Shown here: positions 12,128 to 25,813 of the stretch, piece after piece
Layout of the letters: each line of letters opens with the position of its first letter
Numbering within the stretch: position 1 is the first letter of the stretch
Source of the DNA: Octopus vulgaris
Lineage: Eukaryota
Length of the DNA: 64,000 nt
Direction of reading: 5' to 3'
Assembly (NCBI GenBank): GCA_951406725.2
Contig: OX597819.1
Coordinates: 120,714,001 to 120,778,000, forward strand
Program-made: the position numbers and the translations under genes
Notes under the pieces: model-generated
The model's database searches: none
What the model was told of the DNA's origin: nothing
The model's input: the letters and a program-made list of their open reading frames with translations, nothing else

Positions 12128-13369
12128 TCTAATTTAAGCACACGGCCCGAAATTTTTTTTGAGTGGGCGGGTGAGGTGGTGGCCAGTCGATTCGATCGAC
12201 CCCAGTATGCAACTGGTACTGAATTTAGAGACCTTCAAAGGATGAAAGGCAAAGTCGACTTCGGTGGAATTTGAATTTAGAACGTAAAGACAGACGAAAA
12301 GCCCGCTTAGCATTTTGCCCGGCGTGATACGTTTCTTATTTCTTTATTGCCCACAAGGGGCTACACAGAGAGGGGACAAACAAGGATAGACAAACGGATT
12401 AAGTCAATTACATCGACTCCAGTGCGTAACTGGTACTTAATTTATCGACTCCGAAAGGATGAAAAGCAAAGTAGACCTCGGCGAAATTTGAACTCAGAAC
12501 GGAAGACAGACGAAGTACCAATTTCTTTACTACCCACAAGGGACTAAACACAGCGAGGACAAACAAGGACAGGCAAACGGATTAAGTCGATTATATCGAT
12601 CCCAGTGCATAACTGGTACCTATTTAATCGACCCCGAAAGGATGAATCGCAAAGTCGACTTCGGTGGAATTTGAACTCAGAACGTAAAGACAGACGAAGT
12701 ACCACCCAACATTTCGCACGGCGTGCTAACATTTATTATGTCTTTATTGCCCACAAGGGGCTAAACACAGAGGGGACAAACAAGGACAGAAAAACGGATT
12801 AAGTCGATTACATCGTCCTCAGTGCGTAACTGGTACTTAATTTATCGACCCCGAAAGGATGAAAAGCAAAGTAGACCTCGGCGAAATTTGAACTCAGAAC
12901 GGAAGACAGACGAAGTACCAATTTCTTTACTACCCACAAGGGACTAAACACAGCGAGGACAAACAAGGACAGGCAAACGGATTAAGTCGATTATATCGAT
13001 CCCAGTGCATAACTGGTACCTATTTAATCGACCCCGAAAGGATGAATCGCAAAGTCGACTTCGGTGGAATTTGAACTCAGAACGTAAAGACAGACGAAGT
13101 ACCACCCAACATTTCGCACGGCGTGCTAACATTTATTATGTCTTTATTGCCCACAAGGGGCTAAACACAGAGGGGACAAACAAGGACAGAAAAACGGATT
13201 AAGTCGATTACATCGTCCTCAGTGCGTAACTGGTACTTAATTTATCGACCCCGAAAGGATGAAAGGGAAAGTCGACCTCAGTGGAAATTGAACTCAGAAC
13301 GTAGCGGTAGAGGAAGTACCACTAAGCATTTCGCCCGACGTGCTAACGTTTCTGCCAGCTCGCCGCCTT
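12128..13369 (-). mobile_element. SINE family B (tRNA head plus Meta-like central domain), tandem array of about 6 units
   Basis: Head GGCGGCGAGCTGGCAGAAACGTTAGC at 13369; repeated GTCGACTTTGCCTTTCATCCTTTCGGGGTCGATAAATTAAGTACCAG units of about 180-220 bp. Confidence 0.9.
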
Positions 13370-14077
13370 TAACAGCGCAATAATATTGTTGTGATATTAC
13401 CTACCGTTGACGGTTAAGAATGCTATCACATATCGCTATCTTCAACGATTGCAGTGAGTACTTGTAGTCTAGCTCTATTCACACATTTTCGCTCCGTTCA
13501 ACCTGTATCTACTGATCCTGTATTGCTATCAGTGCATCCATATACTTCACTAATTACGTCGGATCAATCACCAATTCCAAACTGATAGGGTGTTGAATTA
13601 TTGTATTAGTACGTCTCAACTGATATTCATTTAACTATTATTGTATTTCTGTATCTTTCATGTGTATTACTGCCTCTGTCGGCTTTGCTTTAATTCAGAT
13701 AAAAATTTACTGATGCCAAGTTTTAATTCAATTTGTGTGACACATAGGACTGCATTTGTGATAGCTTGACAAATCTCGAGATATGTTCTGATTCAATTCT
13801 TGTTAGACATGTTTACATATATCTAGGAATTGATTCCATACACACACTCTTAAGAAAACTACATATCAACAGTGCTGGGCAGTGTGTATCAATAATGATT
13901 GGCAATATGTTTCAATAATGGTTAACTGTAAGTATCAAAATTTGTTAATGAACCAGTTGTAATGTTCATATATAATGTTTATACTATTAAATCGATGTAG
14001 GTTATAGGTCATGAGGCTCCGAATTGTAAAAGCCTTTTGAGCATCGAACAAAATGCATAGTATCACTTCTTTAGATT

Positions 14078-14398
14078 CATTAATTTATCGACACTGAAAT
14101 GATGAAAGGAAAAGTAGACTTCGGTGGAATTTGAACTCAGAATGTAAACACAGACGAAATACCTATTTCTTTACTACCCACAAGGAGCTAAACACAAAGA
14201 GGACAAACAAGAACAGACAAACGGATTAAGTCGATTACATTGAACCTAGTGCGTAACTGGTACTTAATTTATCGACCTCGAAAGAATGAAAGGCAAAGTC
14301 GACCTCGGTGGAATTTGAACTCAGAACGTAACGGCAGACAAAATACCGCTAAGCATTTCGCCCGGCGTGCTAACGTTCCTGCCAGCTCACCGACTTTA
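14078..14398 (-). mobile_element. SINE family B dimer
   Basis: Two units joined at the GAAATA|GGTATTTC junction. Confidence 0.85.
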
Positions 14399-14804
14399 AC
14401 AGTCCAAGACAGGTTTAGAGAGGGCGCAGGCTAAGATTACGCACCCTTCCCCTCCATTGGTCAGTTGACGTTTAGACAGTGTCACGTGACAACTAGCTGG
14501 TGCTGGCTGCTGGAGCCTACCAGCGAGTATTTAAAGGGAATTTGATAGGATGGTCAGTCGCCCGCGGACATTCGTTGATGCTGCATCGAAGAGGCCAGAG
14601 AACAGATGAAAGAAGGAGAAAGAAGAGATGCACTCAACACCAGAGCTGAAGACACCTCCGAAAGAGGGGACACCCACCTAATCGAAAATGGACGAGGATT
14701 AGGGGCTGAAACCTGATGTGGTTTCTCCTGATAATGTCTTTAGCCACTGGATCCTATAAAGGAGCTGTTAAGGTAGCAAACCACGAAACGTGGTTGGAAT
14801 TCCT

Positions 14805-15122
14805 GAGTTCAAAGTTCTCCCGCCGTATCAACTTTGTCTTTCAGTCCTCCGGGATCGATAAAATATACTACTAGTCAAGTAGTGAGGTCGATGTAAGAGA
14901 CTATCCCCTTCCTCTCAAAATTTCTGGCTTAGTACTAAAATTTAAAACAGCTAGCCAACTCGCAGAATCGTTAGCAACCCGGGGAAAATGCTTAGAGTCA
15001 TTTCTTCTCTCTCCACGCTCTGATTTCAAATTCCGCTGAAATCGACTTTGCCTTTCATCTTTCCGAGGTCGGAAAATAAAGCACCAGTTGAGCGCTGATA
15101 TCGATATAATTGACTAGCCACC
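14805..15122 (+). mobile_element. Two degraded SINE family B copies
   Basis: CTGAGTTCAAA..., ATCGACTTTGCCTTTCATCTTTCCGAGGTCG remnants. Confidence 0.65.
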
Positions 15123-15490
15123 TTTCTCTAGACCCAGTTTCTAGAGAAGAATGAATAAATTCCAATTCCTGAAATCAGGTATGTATTCTAGATTTATATG
15201 TTATCATACATAAAGATCAATAATAATTATTGTATTTAGCGATAATTGAACTCCATCGAGGTCGACAAGGCGCAAATATAATAGCAAACGAGACGAGTTA
15301 ATACGATATTAATACGATATTAATACGATTTATAGTAGATATATAATTATTTGTTCGTATTTCAACAGTTTCAGATTTCAATAATAGATGTCGGAAAAAT
15401 GGAAATATATAACTTTACATGTGTACACACAATCTTCACCCATATATGCTTGCATATCTCTTTCTTCTTTTCTGTATATATTCTTTTATT

Positions 15491-15887
15491 CTGCGGCCAT
15501 GCTGGAGCACCGCCTTTAGTCGGACAAATCGACCCCAGGACTTATTCTTTGTAAGCCTAGTACTTATTTTATCGGTATACTTTCCAGATTCGCCAATTTA
15601 TGGGGACGTAAATACACCAACATCGGTTGTAAATCAACGGTGGGAAGATAAACACAGTCATACAACGATACCCCCACCCCACATATATATACATATGCTT
15701 GTATATATATATGTATGTATGCATGCATGTATATATATACAAGAGGCTTCTTTCATTTCCGTCTACCAAATCCAGTCACAAGGCTTTGGTCGGCCTGAGG
15801 CTATAGTGGAAGATACCTGGCCAAAGTGTCACGCAGTGGAACAGAACCCGGAACCATGTGGTTCGTAAGCAAGCTACTTACCACACA
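15491..15887 (-). mobile_element. SINE family A
   Basis: Tail to head recognisable. Confidence 0.85.
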
Positions 15888-15893
15888 CACATA

Positions 15894-15935
<42 letters not shown>

Positions 15936-15942
15936 TTATATA

Positions 15943-16156
15943 CAAGGAGGGCACTAAAAAAGCACCTGTGCGTTTGGCGCTAAATTCGAAATCAAGACGT
16001 TCGCTCCTACTATCTTGCAGAGGGAAGACGCAATCCATATTCCCTTAGTTTTGTTTTTTCCAACTTACATGTGAAACTCTAGTGTTAATGTTTGTGGCCT
16101 CGGAGTAGTTTAACTCTTATTTCTAGCAAAGCGTACTTTCCTTAGTGCCCTTTTTG
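15943..16156. mobile_element. Short Tc1/mariner-type MITE
   Basis: Imperfect TIRs CAAGGAGGGCACTAA / TTAGTGCCCTTTTTG, flanked by TA. Confidence 0.45.
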
Positions 16157-16197
16157 TATATAGATTTATATATATAAATATATTAATTCTATGTATA

Positions 16198-16232
<35 letters not shown>

Positions 16233-16419
16233 GCAAATACATATGTGTGTGTGAGTGCCTGTGGGTGTATTTTGAATGCATGTATGTGCGCACACATCAA
16301 TGTACACCCGTGTGCATGTATATACATATATACACATACACACATTGATGACAGCATGGTTGTCATTAATTATCGATCTGATGACGTATCGAACATCATA
16401 AAATAATTTCTATATATTC

Positions 16420-16848
16420 TTTTCTAATCTACGCACAAGGCCCGAAATTTTTGTGGAGGGTCCAGTCGATTAGATCGACCCCAGTACGCAATTGGTATTT
16501 AATTTATCGACCCCGAAAGGATGAAAGGCAAAGTAGACCTCGGCTGAATTTGAACTCAGAACATAAAGACAGGCGAAACACCGCTAAGCATTTGGCCCGG
16601 CGTGCTAACATTTCTTATTTCTTTATTTCCCACAAGGGGCTAAACATAGAGGGGACAAACAAGGACAGAAAAAGGGATTAAATCGGTTACCTCGACCCCA
16701 GTGCGTCACTGGTACTTCATTTATCAGCACCGAAAGGATGAAAGGCAAAGTCTACCTCGGCGGAATTTGAACACAGAACGTAAAGACAGACGAAACACCG
16801 CTAATAATTTCGCCCGACGTGCTAAAGTTTCTGCCAGTTCGCCGCCTT
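16420..16848 (-). mobile_element. SINE family B dimer
   Basis: B-tail unit followed by an A-tail unit, joined at GAAATA|AGAAA.GTTAGC. Confidence 0.85.
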
Positions 16849-17253
16849 TTATGGAAATAGATAAATGCGACATCCAGTACTTTGGTCTAATGGTAGAACG
16901 TCAGTCATAGTTACTTAAGAAGTTCCATACGATGTGTGTTCAAGTTGCACAGACGGCCATGAGAATATTTTTAGGACAATATTATTTATAGGTTTATCTG
17001 TTTCTACTTAATCGTTAAGAAATACTTTCACTACGATTACTACTCCTAATAACAATGATATGTATGCGTCTAACCATCTATCTATCTATCATGAATATAA
17101 CTTAGATAACTTAGATATGTTTCGACCAAAGATTGATCCAGGCCATGTCTAACTTAATAGCACCACCTGATAGGATTATTCGAATCCTGTTTAAGTCAAG
17201 TTTTGTTCAAGTAGTGAGTTCTTGTTGGGTGAGTTGTATCCAATTATCGGTGG

Positions 17254-17299
<46 letters not shown>

Positions 17300-17499
17300 A
17301 ACGTTTATGAATTTGTGTTGCAAGTTTCCTGATGTGAAACCGCGTGTTGGAACAGATGTATTTCGGGACGGTCATTATTTTACCAATAAAACACGCGCAC
17401 TGTATATTCGTTCTACATTCGTTTATTACTGTTCTTATTTTAACTCACGTACACACACACACTCACACACACTTACACACACACACACACACACACTCA

Positions 17500-17700
17500 C
17501 ACGAGGGCTTACTGAAAAGTTCCTGGCCTTAAGGTTATCGCGAAAAGCCTGATTGGAGCCCCCAGCATTCCGAGTTCTTTTACAGCACATACATAGTAAA
17601 CCCGGAGGATTGCCGCAATAAATGTGTGAATTTGAGAGGGAATATGTTGAATATAATCGCAATTAACTGATCCTCCTCTATTTTCATTTACCATATATTT
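17500..17700 (+). mobile_element. Mariner-derived fragment
   Basis: TIR-like CGAGGGCTTACTGAAAAGTTCC and C-terminal NKCVNLRGEYVE-like translation. Confidence 0.5.
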
Positions 17701-18120
17701 TAAACGCTGTAGTTATGGAAACATGTTATCATTAGGCTAATAGCCATTAAATTTCAGATGCGAGCTTGTCATTCTCAACATCAGAAATATAATCAAGCAT
17801 TGATATATATATCTGTTGGAAACAGATTTCCTGCGACGTTGTTTTTCGAAAATTGTGATATAAAATTGAAAATCTAAATAAATAAATATGTATAGGTAAA
17901 TATGATCTTTGTAAAAGAATTCATCTGAGGTGAAGCTATACTTTGAGAGGAATTATATCTACGTATGATGTTATCGATTCAAACTTTCAGAAGTAAATTT
18001 TTGTCGCCTAAAATTGATAACAGATCAGGATATATTTTATTAAAGCTTGAATTTATCTTGTATTCGGAAGTGAGATGAAGCTCACTAAATTTATCGCATT
18101 TCTTCGGAGTATTTCAAACT

Positions 18121-18161
<41 letters not shown>

Positions 18162-18246
18162 TTGTATGGGTGTATGTATCTGGGCATGCGTATATATATA
18201 TATATATATATATGTGCATGCATATATATTTATGTTTATATATATG

Positions 18247-18277
<31 letters not shown>

Positions 18278-18318
18278 ACATGCATATATATCTATGTTTA
18301 TATATATGTATATATATT

Positions 18319-18391
<73 letters not shown>

Positions 18392-18767
18392 TGCATATAT
18401 ATTTATGTTTATATATATATATATGTATATGTATAAATATATAAATTTGTGTGTGTCTGTTTGTGTGTGTAATGTGTGCATTATCAAATAGCTGGCATAT
18501 CATTAATCTCATAGCTCTGATGAAGAACACTAGTGGTCTCCCATTAATTCTAGATAACCCCCAAATAAAGACATTGTTGTATCTTTCTTCTCGCAAGGGA
18601 TTAAAGAAAATAATATCCTCATATATCCATGAGAGATTTAAATTATAAAAAAAGTTAGTTTGTGAGATACAGAAGACTGTTCGTAATTTTTGAAATAGCC
18701 ATTCTTGAAACACTGTGCTCTGAAAATCATAACACCTCCTTCTGTCTGTCAGCCCATTTATCTATAT

Positions 18768-19046
<279 letters not shown>

Positions 19047-19368
19047 CATCTTTCTTTCTTTCTGTCAGCCTCTCTGTCGATCAGTCTATACTTGTACCTC
19101 ACTGAATATATACTTTTCTACCAATCCGGAGCTAATGAGTTGTCGCTCGTCCTGATTTAATATAAGAATCAAATGTACCTCAAATCACATTCAGGATCTT
19201 GTATAACACCACACAGATAAAAGATATCTGCATTGTAGTCAAGGATAAAATAATTAATCGCATCTGGTCCATCAACTTTGCCACGAGGAGGTCAAAGTTA
19301 CTCTCTCTCGACTTTCGTCTGTCTGTCTCTATTTCTCTCACGCACGCATACATACGCACACATGTACA

Positions 19369-19521
<153 letters not shown>

Positions 19522-20619
19522 TACACACAGTTTGTATATACATTCCCATAAAAGGCATACTCTCAAGCTAACACTCTTACTCATTTATGCATGTATACTT
19601 ATATACATACATACGTACATACACACACATATATATAAACATCTATTCATTATATCATTCATATATATTCACTTTATCGTGAAGATAATATATATAGAAT
19701 ATCTCAGAATTTACTCATTGTTTTCTATTTTTAAGTCATAATAAAAAGAAGTATTCTTATCTACACAAAACTAGAAAAAATATCAGTTCTGATAAAATAT
19801 TGTGAAATTCACATTTCCCTTTAAACATGAGTAGAAAATTACTAAATATCTAAATACTGACTCGATAATAATAAAAATACAAAATACAAAATAAAGAAAA
19901 GATAGGGTGAAAAATAAACATAAGTGATAAAACAAAGAATGAAAAGAAATTTTAAATATGGATATTGAGAAAATATAAACTTATTCTTGGGTAAGAGAGG
20001 TGTTAGATAAGGAGAGAAAATAAAGTTTAAGGAAAATATAAGCGTATGAGGATGGTTTGTAATCTTGATGTCATTCGAGTACTCAATCCGTAGCAGATGT
20101 ATATTAAGATCTATTTCGTTATCATAGATATTGTACTTGTAATCGTAGTTGTGTTCGCAAGAGGTTTTCCTGTAGTGTAGGATAATCCCATTGTATTTGG
20201 AAGTTCTGTGTGATGACTGTAACATTGTAACATTGTACAGACTCAATCTGGTAATGTTTACTTGCTGCTTGTTATGGGAAAGCTCCGTTGCATTTCAATG
20301 GTAGAGTAAAATAAGTGAATGGATTTGGGAATATAACGAAAGGACTTGTTTGCAATGTCGGTATACAGTGTTGTTCAGACGATACAGAAAATGTATTTAG
20401 TATTTTGTGTTTTATAAAGCATATACGTGTTTCACTAAATTAACTGCCAGGATTACGCAATTACTAGCTGAAATATTATATAACCTTGTTCAACTATCTC
20501 ATCAGTGTCTAACACAAGATATACCCTTTTATAAATGCATAAAGCACCATTAATGGTTTCTGTATTTTATTTTATACTTTTATGTTGGTCGTACCCTGTA
20601 CACAAGCCTTTATTTACTT

Positions 20620-21048
20620 TGAATTTGAACTCAGAACGTAGCGGCAGACGAAATACCTATTTCTTTACTATCCACACGGGGTTAAACACAGAGAGGACAA
20701 ACAAGGATAGACAAACGGATTAAGTCGATTATATCGACCCTAGTGCGTAACTGGTACTTATTTAATCGACCCCGAAAGGATGAAAAGCAAAGTCGACCTC
20801 GGCGCAATCTGAACTCAGAACGTAGCGGCAGACGAAATACCTATTTCTTTACTACCCATACGGGGCTAAACACAGAGAGGACAAACAAGGACAGACAATC
20901 GGATTAAGTCGATTTTATCGACCCCAGTGTTTGACTGGTACTCAATTTATCAACCCCGAAAGGATGAAAGGCAAAGTTGACCCCGACGGAATTTGAACTC
21001 AGAACGTAACGGCCGACGAAATACCCCCAAGCATTTCGCCCGGCGTGT
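20620..21048 (-). mobile_element. SINE family B multimer (2 full units plus 1 partial)
   Basis: Repeated 182-bp units with the GAAATA|GGTATTTC junction. Confidence 0.85.
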
Positions 21049-21076
21049 CACTGGATTCAATATTAAATGGAAGTTA

Positions 21077-21285
21077 GGGCGGTCGGTTGGCAGAATCGTT
21101 AGCATGACGGGCCAAATTCTGAGCCATATTTCTTCCGTCTTTACGTTGTGAGTTCAAATTCCACCGAGGCCAACATTACCTTTCATCCTTTCGGAGTCTA
21201 TAATATAAGTACCTGTTGATCACTGGGTTCGATATAATCGATTTGCCCCTCTCCTCGAAATCGCTTTTACCAAAAATTTAAAACC
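21077..21285 (+). mobile_element. SINE family B, older copy, head-to-head with the previous one
   Basis: GGCGGTCGGTTGGCAGAATCGTTAGC...CCTTTCATCCTTTCGG. Confidence 0.75.
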
Positions 21286-21415
21286 AATATTAACTGGGGG
21301 GGCGCATTCAAATACGGGGTTTAATATTATCAGAGGTTTCCTTCATGTACCTTTGGTGATATGCGATAAGCTTTAAACCCTCTGTCACACTTAATGAACT
21401 ACATTATACAATATA

Positions 21416-22547
21416 TCGGGTCATCCCATAAGTAATGCGCTTTTTTAAATACTTTTTTACATTTTTCAAAATTAAGACAAATAATGTTCTGTTTTGATAT
21501 AAAGTATACCCTCCTTCATCTTCTACAATGCACTTCCATTTATCTTGTAGACTTGCAAGTTCCCTCTTCAAAAATTCACTTGTCCCCGACGAAAAATACT
21601 CCTCCACTACTGTTCTGACCTAATCTACAGAATTCATATTTTTTCCGACTAAATGATTTTGAAGACTGCGGAATAAATGATAACCAGATGGGGCAATGTC
21701 CGGCGAATATGGTTGCTGGGGTCTCGTTTCCCATTCAAACTACTCCAGCCTTTGGAATGTCGTCCTCACTGTATGTGGCCGAGCATTAGCCTGATGGAAG
21801 AACATCTATCGTCTTGAAACCAAAAATGGTCGTTTTTCTTCTACCACTGACTTGAGCCGCTCAAGCTGCTCGCAGTAGATCACCTTTGTTATCGTTTGGT
21901 TTGGGTTTAAAAGATCAAAGTGGCCTAAACTTTTCATATCCCACCAAGCAAAGAAAAACACCTTACGTGGGTGAAAACCTTTAGCGTTAGGTTCCGGTGT
22001 TTCTCCTTTCCCTACCCGCTGTCTTCAGCGCATGACATTTTTATAAAGAACCCATTTTTCATCACCTGTCACTATTCAGTCCCGCCAAAAAAGGTTCCTT
22101 CGTGAGACGTGACAGCAAAGAAGAGCCCACATTCACTCTGTGCGCTCGATTAGACACGGACATTTTGTGTGGGACCCATTGACCCGATTTGCTCTCTATT
22201 CAGATGGCACACAGGTCAAATGACTGACTAAATGACCAAATCCAAACCTCTCTGCTAGTTTTTCAACAACTATGATGGATTTTGTTCCACCAGGGTTTGC
22301 AGGACGTCCTCCTCGAGCTCTACAGGCTATAATATCTGGAACCGAATATGCTCCTTTGTCACTTACATTTGAAAAAGAAAACTGTTAAATATCGAATTGC
22401 ATTCTTCAAAACTTTCACTAAGAATAAAGACAAAGTAAAATTACTACCTGCTTTTATAGCAAGTTGGTGCAGGTAGTTTATCCTGTCCCCCCTCCGACTT
22501 TTAGTTCATGCAATTGAAAAATCTGCATTATTTATGGGATGACCCAA
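21416..22547 (-). mobile_element. Mariner (D,D34D) transposon, decayed transposase pseudogene
   Basis: TIRs T(C/T)GGGTCATCCCATAA(G/A)TAATGC at both ends. Minus-strand motifs WVPHKM, IVTGDEKWVLY, HQANARPH (D>A) and YSPDIAPSGYHLFRSLQNHL (D>G); frame disruptions. Confidence 0.92.
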
Positions 22548-22721
22548 TTTATTGAGACCTTTACGTCCTACGAGTGAGACAATGAACACAACTGATATCA
22601 AAGAGATATAAAATGATCTCGAAGTGGTGAATATTTTGCGCTGATCTGTCATGTCATGAAAGCTTATTATATAATGCTTATATAATTGTAATATGATATT
22701 ACATGAGTAGCTGATACTACA

Positions 22722-23069
22722 GTGTGAAGGCACATGGCTCAGTGGTTAGAGCATCGAGCTAACGATCGTGAGGTTGTGAGTTTGAATCCCGGACCGGGTT
22801 GTGTGTTGTGTTCTTGAGCAAGACACTATATTTCACGTTGCTCCATTTCACTCAGCTGTAGAAATGAGTTGCGACGTCACAGGTGCCAAGCTGTATCTAC
22901 TGCTGCCTTTCCCTTGGATAACACTGGTGGCGTAGAGGGGGGGCTGGTATGCATGGGCGACTGCTGGTCTTCCATAAAGAACCTTGCCCGGATTTGTGCC
23001 TGGGAGGGTAACTTTCTAGGTGCAATCCCACGGTCAGTCATGACCGAAGGGGGTGGGGAGGTCTCAATT
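22722..23069 (+). mobile_element. tRNA-derived SINE family D (CORE-like domain) with TSD
   Basis: A-box TGGCTCAGTGG, B-box GTTTGAATCCC, TGTGTTCTTGAGCAAGACACT; TSD TGATACTACA at 22712 and 23070. Confidence 0.85.
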
Positions 23070-23666
23070 TGATACTACAATTGTAATGTTTTAATAACGA
23101 ACGAATCTAACCCAAAACTTGCGTTTGATTCTCACGTGAGTTATTGACTTCATCGACTAATTTTGGCTGCAATTTTCACAGCTGTCGGGGCGGGGGGGGG
23201 CTTCTTTGCAGAAGGATTAGTTCTATGTTGACAGCTTTAGTATTATTTGAGCAGCTGAATAAGGATTACATGACCCACCATTATAACAATACAAAATTTT
23301 CGCATCACTTGTTTTTGAAAGATAAATAAGCACTCACATGAGTCTACATTTTATGCATTTTGTTGAATAGAAAAGGCCTCCTATTTTAAATGCGAGGTCT
23401 ATTTCAGTTGTATACTCTACAGGAATATCCAAATATTCAGGGCAGAATAGTAAAGATAAAAAAAAAACCCAAAGCAATATTTTGGCATATCGAAACGTCT
23501 TTCAGAGTGTTCAGATCCATTATTCTAGAAATATAATTTTTGATGTGTTGGTAGTGGGAAATTGTTCTATAACTTTCAATGGGTGTGTCCTCATGTATTC
23601 TCTTATTCACATATACTATTCAAAATTGCACAACGTATGTAAAAATATATTATTTCTCAGAAATAA

Positions 23667-23730
<64 letters not shown>

Positions 23731-23804
23731 GATGCGCAGTTTTTCGGATGTCGTGACGATGGTCAAGGTATGTCTATCATGGATAACTCAATATTTTAAT
23801 TGTT

Positions 23805-24245
23805 AAGTGGCGAGCTGGCAGAAACGTTAGCACGGGCGAAATGCTTGGCGGTATTTCGTCTGTCTTTACGTTCTGAGTTCAAATTTCGCCGAGATGAACT
23901 TTGCCATTCATCCTTTCGGGGTCGATAACTTAAATACCAGTTGCGTACTGAAGTCAATCTAATCGACTGGCCTCCTCGCCAAAAATTTCGGGTCTTGTAC
24001 TTAGAGTAGAAAAGTGTATTAACTTACTTTAAGGCGGCGAGCTGGCAGAATCGTTAGCACGCCGGGCGAAATGCTTAGCGGTATTTCGTCCGCCTTGGCG
24101 TTCTGAGTTCAAATTCCGCCGAGGTCGGTTTTGCCTTTCATCCTTTTTGGGTCGATAAATTAAGTACTAGTTGCGTACTGGGGTTGATGTAATCGATTAT
24201 CCTCCTCCCCCAAATTCTAAGCCTTGTGCCTATAGTAGAAAGGAA
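23805..24245 (+). mobile_element. Two tandem complete SINE family B copies (A-type tail)
   Basis: Heads at about 23806 and 24031, each ending in CTTGT.C.TA.AGTAGAAA. Confidence 0.9.
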
Positions 24246-24479
24246 AAGAATATTCAATTATTTTAAATTCCTCATATATTTTGAAAATGAATCAGTAAAG
24301 CGCTTCGCTGGCATTCTGTATAAATACATAGACTACAAGAAAAATCTTTAAAAAGGGTATTTTAGCCTTATATACCATATTGTTTGTCATTTCGTTTTCC
24401 AACTTAGATTTTATCCCGACGACTTGAAGTGTTTTTCGGTATATACTTTCGTGGATGTATATGTGTTTTGAAATTACGT

Positions 24480-24885
24480 AGGCGTAAGAGTGGCTGTGTG
24501 GTAAGTAGCTTGCTTACGAACCACATGGTTTCGTGTTCAGTCCCACTGCGTGGCACTTTGAGCAAGTGTCTTCTACTATAGCCTCGGGCTGACCAAAGCC
24601 TTGTGAGTGGATTTGGTAGACGGAAACTGAAAGAAGCCCTACATATGTATGTATATATGTGTATGTATATGTTTGTGTGTCTGTGTTTGTTCTCCCAACA
24701 TCGCTTGACAACCAATGCTGGTGTGTTTACGTCCCCGTAACTTAGTGGTTCGGCAAAAGAGACCGATAGAATAATTACTAGGCTTACAAAGAATAAGTCC
24801 TGGGGTCGATTTACTCGACTAAAGACGATGCTCCAGCATGGCCACAGTCAAGTGACTGAAACAATAAAAGAGTAAAAGAGAGAGA
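24480..24885 (+). mobile_element. SINE family A, full length
   Basis: Close match to the other copies. Confidence 0.9.
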
Positions 24886-25662
24886 GAGTAAAGAGTAAAT
24901 GAGATAAGTTTTACGTATTTGAAAAGTTCTTCTGTTTATACTGGTTAACTGAAAATGCTGTAGTTCTCTGCAATAACATTTTCATTGCAGATTTTTTATG
25001 GTATATATCCTTTATGGAAAAATGATTAATTATAAAGGTTTAGAAAAATATTGAGAATGTAGTAACGAGCGTATGATATCTGGAGGGTATTGTATCACAT
25101 ATAGTCTTCCATTTCTTATTTTTGCGTTTATAAATATTAGTGTTATTCGGTAATATGTAAAGTATTATCTCTTTGGTTTCGCTATCTTTTATTGCATAAT
25201 TTTAATATTGAGTAGAATGATTAAAGGATTTCTCTTTGATTAATATAATTTAACTCTTTGATAAACATAATCTGCAAATCTCTGAATATGGTGATGCATT
25301 TATGCAGCTTGAAAATTTAGCGTTCTATGCAACTATAGACTTCTTTCCCAAAATCTTTATAACTCAAGTTCTATTCCTCTTAATAATTCTAACACTGAAC
25401 GTTTTTATGAACACTCGGAAATATCGGTTATTTTACAATAAGTTATTTTGGGGTTAAACCTACCTTAAAGACAGGTAATACTTGTTATAGGTATTATTAG
25501 ATGTTGTTATTGCTTGGCGTGGTTATGGAATCTTAGAAGGATAAAAGGTGAGAATGACTATGATCGCATATACTTACATAGAAAGTTCTATATTTAAGAG
25601 ATGAAGAATTATGTACATTATTTACATTTTGACGGATATTTGTTCTCATCTTGTTTGTTGTT

Positions 25663-25708
25663 AGCACAACGTTTCGGCTGATATACATTCCAGCCTTCAT
25701 CAGGTGTC
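25663..25708 (-). ncRNA. Minimal type I hammerhead ribozyme motif
   Basis: GACAC-CTGATGA-A-GGCTG(loop)CAGCC-GAAAC-GTT-GTG; palindromic loop-less stem III (AACGTT) typical of PLE hammerheads. Confidence 0.75.
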
Positions 25709-25760
25709 TTGGGGAAATTTCGAAGCTGGGTTCTCATTCCTAAGGTATTTTTCGATGTTG

Positions 25761-25813
<53 letters not shown>

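Noticed and set aside
12128-13369. Regularly spaced repeats resembling a CRISPR array
   Set aside because: Units are whole SINE bodies of 180-220 bp with no unique spacers, no cas genes, and a eukaryotic context.
22725-22800. tRNA genes at SINE heads (also 28857, 61515)
   Set aside because: No complete cloverleaf; they continue into SINE bodies, and the first two have TSDs.
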